From the NCBI GenBank assembly GCA_964057225.1, contig OZ059895.1, positions 11,470,001-11,534,000 on the forward strand: a stretch of DNA of 64,000 bases, in the 5' to 3' direction. Both the position numbers and the translations under genes were made by a program. Below, one piece after another: positions 57,701 through 64,000 of the stretch (within the stretch, counting starts at the first letter, position 1; the number at the start of each line of letters is the position of its first letter). Source of the DNA: Auanema rhodensis. Its lineage: Eukaryota; Animalia; Nematoda. A model generated the notes under the pieces. The model was given only the letters and a program-made list of their open reading frames with translations, did not search any database and was not told the DNA's origin.

Positions 57701-60700
57701 ATATTATTTTTATCTTACAGTTATAAACCAGTAGTGAATGAACCATCATCTTACCCGTACCGTTTCTATCTATTTCCTATCGAAAGCAACTTTGTTCAAA
57801 AACTATACAACTGTGAAACCTTTTTTAATTTCTTGTATTTGGAGCTCATAAGATTTGATATCATTGAGGGATCCAGATAGAACGTGGAAAATTACGTAAC
57901 TAACATGAAATTGGAAGAAACTATAACGAGGATAAGTATGTGAAACATTGAATATCAGATAATTTCGCTTAGGACCATACCACGTTGAAAGTACGCCATG
58001 CCGCTGATTTTCAATTTTAACTCTTTTGTAACAAATGTTTTCAATTTTTAAGCAGTTTTACTTAGATAGCTCAACCCAAGGCAGCAAATTATCTTCAATA
58101 TTATTTTTATCTTACAGTTATAAACCAATAGTTAATGAACCATCATCTTACCCTTACCGTTTCTATCTATTTCCTATCGAAACCAACTTTGTTCAAAAAC
58201 TATACAACTGTGAAACCTTTTTTAATTTCTTGTATTTGGAGCTCATAAGATTTGATATCATTGAGGGATCCAGATAGAACGTGGAAAATTACGTAACTAA
58301 CATGAAATTGGGAAAAAATTATAACGAGGATAAGTATGTAAATCATTGAATATCAGATATTTTCGCTTACGACCATACCACGTTGAAAGTACGCCATGCC
58401 GCTGATTTTCAATTTTAACTCTTCTGTAACAAATGTTTTCAATTTTCAAGCAGTTTTACTTAGATAGCTCAACCCAAGGCAGCAATTTATCTTCAATATT
58501 ATTTCTATCTTACAGTTATAAACCAATAGTTAATGAATCATCATCTTGCCCTTACCGTTTCTATCTATTTCCTATCGAAACCAACTTTGTTCAAAAACTA
58601 TACAACTGTGAAACCTTTTTTAATTTCTTGTATTTGGAGCTCATAAGATTTGATATCATTGAGGGATCCAGATAGAACGTGGAAAATTACATAACTACCA
58701 TGAAATTGGGAAAAAATTGTAACGAGGATAAGTATGTAAATCATTGAATATCAGATATTTTCGCTTACGACCATACCACGTTAAAAGTACGCCATGCCGC
58801 TGATTTTCAATTTTAACTCTTTTGTAACAAATGTTTTCAATTTTTAAGCAGTTTTACTCAGATAGCTCAACCCAAGGCAGCAAATTATCTTCAATATTAT
58901 TTCTATCTTACAGTTATAAACCAATAGTTAATGAACCATCATCTTACCTTTACTGTTTCTATCTATTTCCTATCGAAAGCAACTTTGTTCAAACACTATA
59001 CAACTGTGAAACCTTTTTTAATTTCTTGTATTTGGAGCTCATAAGATTTGATATCATTGAGGGATCCAGATAGAACGTGGAAAATTACATAACTACCATG
59101 AAATTGGGAAAAAATTGTAACGAGGATAAGTATGTAAATCATTGAATATCAGATATTTTCGCTTAGGACCATACCACGTTGAAAGTACGCCATGCCGCTG
59201 ATTTTCAATTTTAACTCTTTTGTAACAAATGTTTTCAATTTTTAAGCAGTTTTACTCAGATAGCTCAACCCAAGGCAGCAAATTATCTTCAATATTATTT
59301 TTATCTTACAGTTATAAACCAATAGTTAATGAACCATCATCTTACCCTTACCGTTTCTATCTATTTCCTATCGAAACCAACTTTGTTCAAAAACTATACA
59401 ACTGTGAAACCTTTTTTAATTTCTTGTATTTGGAGCTCATAAGATTTGATATCATTGAGGGATCCAGATAGAACGTGGAAAATTACGTAACTAACATGAA
59501 ATTGGGAAAAAATTGTAACGAGGATAAGTATGTAAATCATTGAATATCAGATATTTTCGCTTAGGACCATACCACGTTGAAAGTACGCCATGCCGCTGAT
59601 TTTCAATTTTAACTCTTTTGTAACAAATGTTTTCAATTTTTAAGCAGTTTTACTCAGATAGCTCAACCCAAGGCAGCAAATTATCTTCAATATTATTTCT
59701 ATCTTACAGTTATAAACCAATAGTTAATGAACCATCATCTTACCTTTACTGTTTCTATCTATTTCCTATCGAAAGCAACTTTGTTCAAACACTATACAAC
59801 TGTGAAACCTTTTTTAATTTCTTGTATTTGGAGCTCATAAGATTTGATATCATTGAGGGATCCAGATAGAACGTGGAAAATTACATAACTACCATGAAAT
59901 TGGGAAAAAATTGTAACGAGGATAAGTATGTAAATCATTGAATATCAGATATTTTCGCTTAGGACCATACCACGTTGAAAGTACGCCATGCCGCTGATTT
60001 TCAATTTTAACTCTTTTGTAACAAATGTTTTCAATTTTTAAGCAGTTTTACTTAGATAGCTCAACCCAAGGCAGCAAATTATCTTCAATCTTTTTTCTAT
60101 CTTACAGTTATAAACCAGTAGTGAATGAACCATCATCTTACCCGTACCGTTTCTATCTATTTCCTATCGAAAGCAACTTTGTTCAAAAACTATACAACTG
60201 TGAAACCTTTTTTAATTTCTTGTATTTGGAGCTCATAAGCTTTGATATCATTGAGGAATCCAGATAGAACGTGGAAAATTACATAACTACCATGAAATTG
60301 GAAAAAACTATAACGAGGATAAGTATGTAAATCATTGAATATCAGATATTTTTGCTTACAACTATACCACGTTGTAAGTACGCCATGCCGCTGATTTTCA
60401 ATTTTAACTCTTTTGTAACAAATGTTTTCAATTTTCAAGCAGTTTTACTCAGATAGCTTAACCCAAGGCAGCAAATTATCTTCAATATTATTTCTATCTT
60501 ACAGTTATAAACCAATAGTTAATGAACCATCATCTTACCTTTACTGTTTCTATCTATTTCCTATCGAAACCAACTTTGTTCAAAAACTATACAACTGTGA
60601 AACCTTTTTTAATTTCTTGTATTTGGAGCTCATAAGATTTGATATCATTGAGGGATCCAGATAGAACGTGGAAAATTACATAACTACCATGAAATTGGGA

Positions 60701-63700
60701 AAAAATTGTAACGAGGATAAGTATGTAAATCATTGAATATCAGATATTTTCGCTTAGGACCATACCACGTTGAAAGTACGCCATGCCGCTGATTTTCAAT
60801 TTTAACTCTTTTGTAACAAATGTTTTCAATTTTCAAGCAGTTTTACTCAGATAGCTTAACCCAAGGCAGCAAATTATGTTCAATATTATTTCTATCTTAC
60901 AGTTATAAACCAATGGTTAATGAACCATCATCTTACCTTTACTGTTTCTATCTATTTCTTATCGAAACCAACTTTGTTCAAAAACTATACAACTGTGAAA
61001 CCTTTTTTAATTTCTTGTATTTGAAGCTCATAAGATTTGATATCATTGAGGGATCCAGATAGAACGTGGAAAATTACGTAACTAACATGAAATTGGGAAG
61101 AAATTATAACGAGGATAAGTATGTAAATCATTGAATATCAGATATTTTCGCTTACGACCATACCACGTTGAAAGAACGCCATGCCGCTGATTTTCAATTT
61201 TAACTCTTCTGTAACAAATTTTTTCAATTTTCAAGCAGTTTTACTTAGATAGCTCAACCCAAGGCAGCAATTTATCTTCAATATTATTTCTATCTTACAG
61301 TTATAAACCAATAGTTAATGAACCATCATCTTACCTTTACTGTTTCTATCTATTTCCTATCGAAAGCAACTTTGTTCAAACACTATACAACTGTGAAACC
61401 TTTTTTAATTTCTTGTATTTGGAGCTCATAAGATTTGATATCATTGAGAAATCCAGATAGAACGTGGAAAATTACATAACTACCATGAAATTGGGAAAAA
61501 ATTGTAACGAGGATAAGTATGTAAATCATTGAATATCAGATATTTTCGCTTAGGACCATACCACGTTGAAAGTACGCCATGCCGCTGATTTTCAATTTTA
61601 ACTCTTTTGTAACAAATGTTTTCAATTTTTAAGCAGTTTTACTTAGATAGCTCAACCCAAGGCAGCAAATTATCTTCAATCTTTTTTCTATCTTACAGTT
61701 ATAAACCAGTAGTGAATGAACCATCATCTTACCCGTACCGTTTCTATCTATTTCCTATCGAAAGCAACTTTGTTCAAAAACTATACAACTGTGAAACCTT
61801 TTTTAATTTCTTGTATTTGGAGCTCATAAGCTTTGATATCATTGAGGAATCCAGATAGAACGTGGAAAATTACGTAACTAACATGAAATTGGAAGAAACT
61901 ATAACGAGGATAAGTATGTGAAACATTGAATATCAGATATTTTCGCTTAGGACCATACCACGTTGAAAGTACGCCATGCCGCTGATTTTCAATTTTAACT
62001 CTTTTGTAACAAATGTTTTCAATTTTTAAGCAGTTTTACTCAGATAGCTCAACCCAAGGCAGCAAATTATCTTCAATATTATTTCTATCTTACAGTTATA
62101 AACCAATAGTTAATGAACCATCATCTTACCTTTACTGTTTCTATCTATTTCCTATCGAAAGCAACTTTGTTCAAACACTACACAACTGTGAAACCTTTTT
62201 TAATTTCTTGTATTTGGAGCTCATAAGATTTGATATCATTGAGAAATCCAGATAGAACGTGGAAAATTACATAACTACCATGAAATTGGGAAAAAATTGT
62301 AACGAGGATAAGTATGTAAATCATTGAATATCAGATATTTTTGCTTAGGACCATACCACGTTGAAAGTACGCCATGCCGCTGATTTTCAATTTTAACTCT
62401 TTTGTAACAAATGTTTTCAATTTTTAAGCAGTTTTACTTAGATAGCTCAACCCAAGGCACCAAATTATCTTCAATCTTTTTTCTATCTTACAGTTATAAA
62501 CCAGTAGTGAATGAACCATCATCTTACCCGTACCGTTTCTATCTATTTCCTATCGAAAGCAACTTTGTTCAAAAACTATACAACTGTGAAACCTTTTTTA
62601 ATTTCTTGTATTTGGAGCTCATAAGCTTTGATATCATTGAGGAATCCAGATAGAACGTGGAAAATTACGTAACTAACATGAAATTGGAAGAAACTATAAC
62701 GAGGATAAGTATGTGAAACATTGAATATCAGATATTTTCGCTTAGGACCATACCACGTTGAAAGTACGCCATGCCGCTGATTTTCAATTTTAACTCTTTT
62801 GTAACAAATGTTTTCAATTTTTAAGCAGTTTTACTTAGATAGCTCAACCCAAGGCAGCAAATTATCTTCAATATTATTTTTATCTTACAGTTATAAACCA
62901 ATAGTTAATGAACCATCATCTTACCCTTACCGTTTCTATCTATTTCCTATCGAAACCAACTTTGTTCAAAAACTATACAACTGTGAAACCTTTTTTAATT
63001 TCTTGTATTTGGAGCTCATAAGATTTGATATCATTGAGGGATCCAGATAGAACGTGGAAAATTACGTAACTAACATGAAATTGGGAAAAAATTATAACGA
63101 GGATAAGTATGTAAATCATTGAATATCAGATATTTTCGCTTACGACCATACCACGTTGAAAGTACGCCATGCCGCTGATTTTCAATTTTAACTCTTCTGT
63201 AACAAATGTTTTCAATTTTCAAGCAGTTTTACTTAGATAGCTCAACCCAAGGCAGCAATTTATCTTCAATATTATTTCTATCTTACAGTTATAAACCAAT
63301 AGTTAATGAATCATCATCTTGCCCTTACCGTTTCTATCTATTTCCTATCGAAACCAACTTTGTTCAAAAACTATACAACTGTGAAACCTTTTTTAATTTC
63401 TTGTATTTGGAGCTCATAAGATTTGATATCATTGAGGGATCCAGATAGAACGTGGAAAATTACATAACTACCATGAAATTGGGAAAAAATTGTAACGAGG
63501 ATAAGTATGTAAATCATTGAATATCAGATATTTTCGCTTACGACCATACCACGTTAAAAGTACGCCATGCCGCTGATTTTCAATTTTAACTCTTTTGTAA
63601 CAAATGTTTTCAATTTTTAAGCAGTTTTACTCAGATAGCTCAACCCAAGGCAGCAAATTATCTTCAATATTATGTCTATCTTACAGTTATAAACCAATAG

Positions 63701-64000
63701 TTAATGAACCATCATCTTACCTTTACTGTTTCTATCTATTTCCTATCGAAAGCAACTTTGTTCAAACACTATACAACTGTGAAACCTTTTTTAATTTCTT
63801 GTATTTGGAGCTCATAAGATTTGATATCATTGAGGGATCCAGATAGAACGTGGAAAATTACATAACTACCATGAAATTGGGAAAAAATTGTAACGAGGAT
63901 AAGTATGTAAATCATTGAATATCAGATATTTTCGCTTAGGACCATACCACGTTAAAAGTACGGCATGCGGCTGATTTTCAATTTTAACTCTTCTGTAACA
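56425..64000. repeat. 12-mer higher-order duplication, 4773-bp offset
   Basis: 56445/56843/57240/57638/58035/58433/58831 correspond to 61218/61616/62013/62411/62808/63206/63604. The CTACACAAC marker occurs at 57240 and 62013, and some sites differ. Confidence 0.85.

Larger units (their letters stand above)
1..64000. repeat. Tandem satellite DNA array, 398-bp monomer (~155 monomers + 12 partial 193-bp units), single orientation, runs off both window ends
   Basis: The landmark ATGTTTTCA recurs at 21, 419, 817, 1215 … 63604 with spacings of 398 or 397. Spacings of 590/591/783 mark 193-bp partial units, and 795/796 mark a skipped ORF. 63604-21 = 154x398 - 25 + 12x193 exactly. Copies differ by only a few percent, mostly at shared biallelic sites. 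I saw no unique sequence. Confidence 0.99.

Noticed and set aside
3164-60438. 82-aa minus-strand ORFs (MKIENICY…)
   Set aside because: They open only in some 397-bp units because of the 1-bp loss in the G/A tract, so they are incidental.
21-63846. Array of ~145 near-identical 80-aa ORFs (MFSIFKQF…IEGSR) as a tandem gene family or diversified peptide library
   Set aside because: There is no recognisable domain, and the F/L/S/Y/I-rich composition mirrors the T-rich DNA. By my rough count the common variants are about three nonsynonymous per synonymous, as expected under neutrality. Ten copies are broken (5783, 9954, 30187, 31381, 33371, 35757, 36553, 38145, 39735, 61218), and a stop-bearing variant has itself been amplified. 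Persistence of the ORF is explained by array homogeneity. Ribo-seq or proteomics would be needed to overturn this.
1-64000. CRISPR array or other repeat-spacer system
   Set aside because: The whole unit repeats. There are no unique spacers, no cas genes, and no invariant-repeat/variable-insert architecture.
1-64000. Rolling-circle or sequencing artefact of one template
   Set aside because: Variants recur in ordered, linked haplotypes with almost no random indels, which fits a real evolved array. The exact copy number of near-identical blocks such as the 4171-bp pair still needs read support.
1-64000. Transposon insertion, inversion or telomeric repeat within the array
   Set aside because: All landmark spacings are accounted for by 398-, 397- and 193-bp units in one orientation, leaving no room for foreign sequence.

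Overview
The whole 64 kb window is one uninterrupted, head-to-tail, single-orientation satellite DNA array. The monomer is 398 bp and AT-rich (31.7% GC in the first copy). There are about 155 monomers (25 of them 397 bp from a 1-bp loss in the GGGAAAAAA tract), plus 12 extra 193-bp partial units that all share one junction (…ACCATGAAA|CAGTTATAAA…). I see no credible protein-coding gene, RNA gene, CRISPR array, or intact transposon. The repeated 80-aa and 82-aa ORFs look like by-products of the monomer. The organisation is typical of eukaryotic (peri)centromeric or heterochromatic satellite, but I cannot identify the family or organism. Points of interest: (i) nested, regionally changing higher-order repeats (periods 1193/1194, 1590/1592, 3182, 3375, 4171, 4773, 5172, 6934 bp) with region-private markers; (ii) a 193-bp sub-unit that has begun to form its own tandem run; (iii) signs that the monomer is a decayed long palindrome; (iv) variant patches that perfect short palindromes; (v) a PAR-bZIP D-box-like motif kept by both alleles, next to inverted CACGTT motifs. 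Functional interpretations are inference only.
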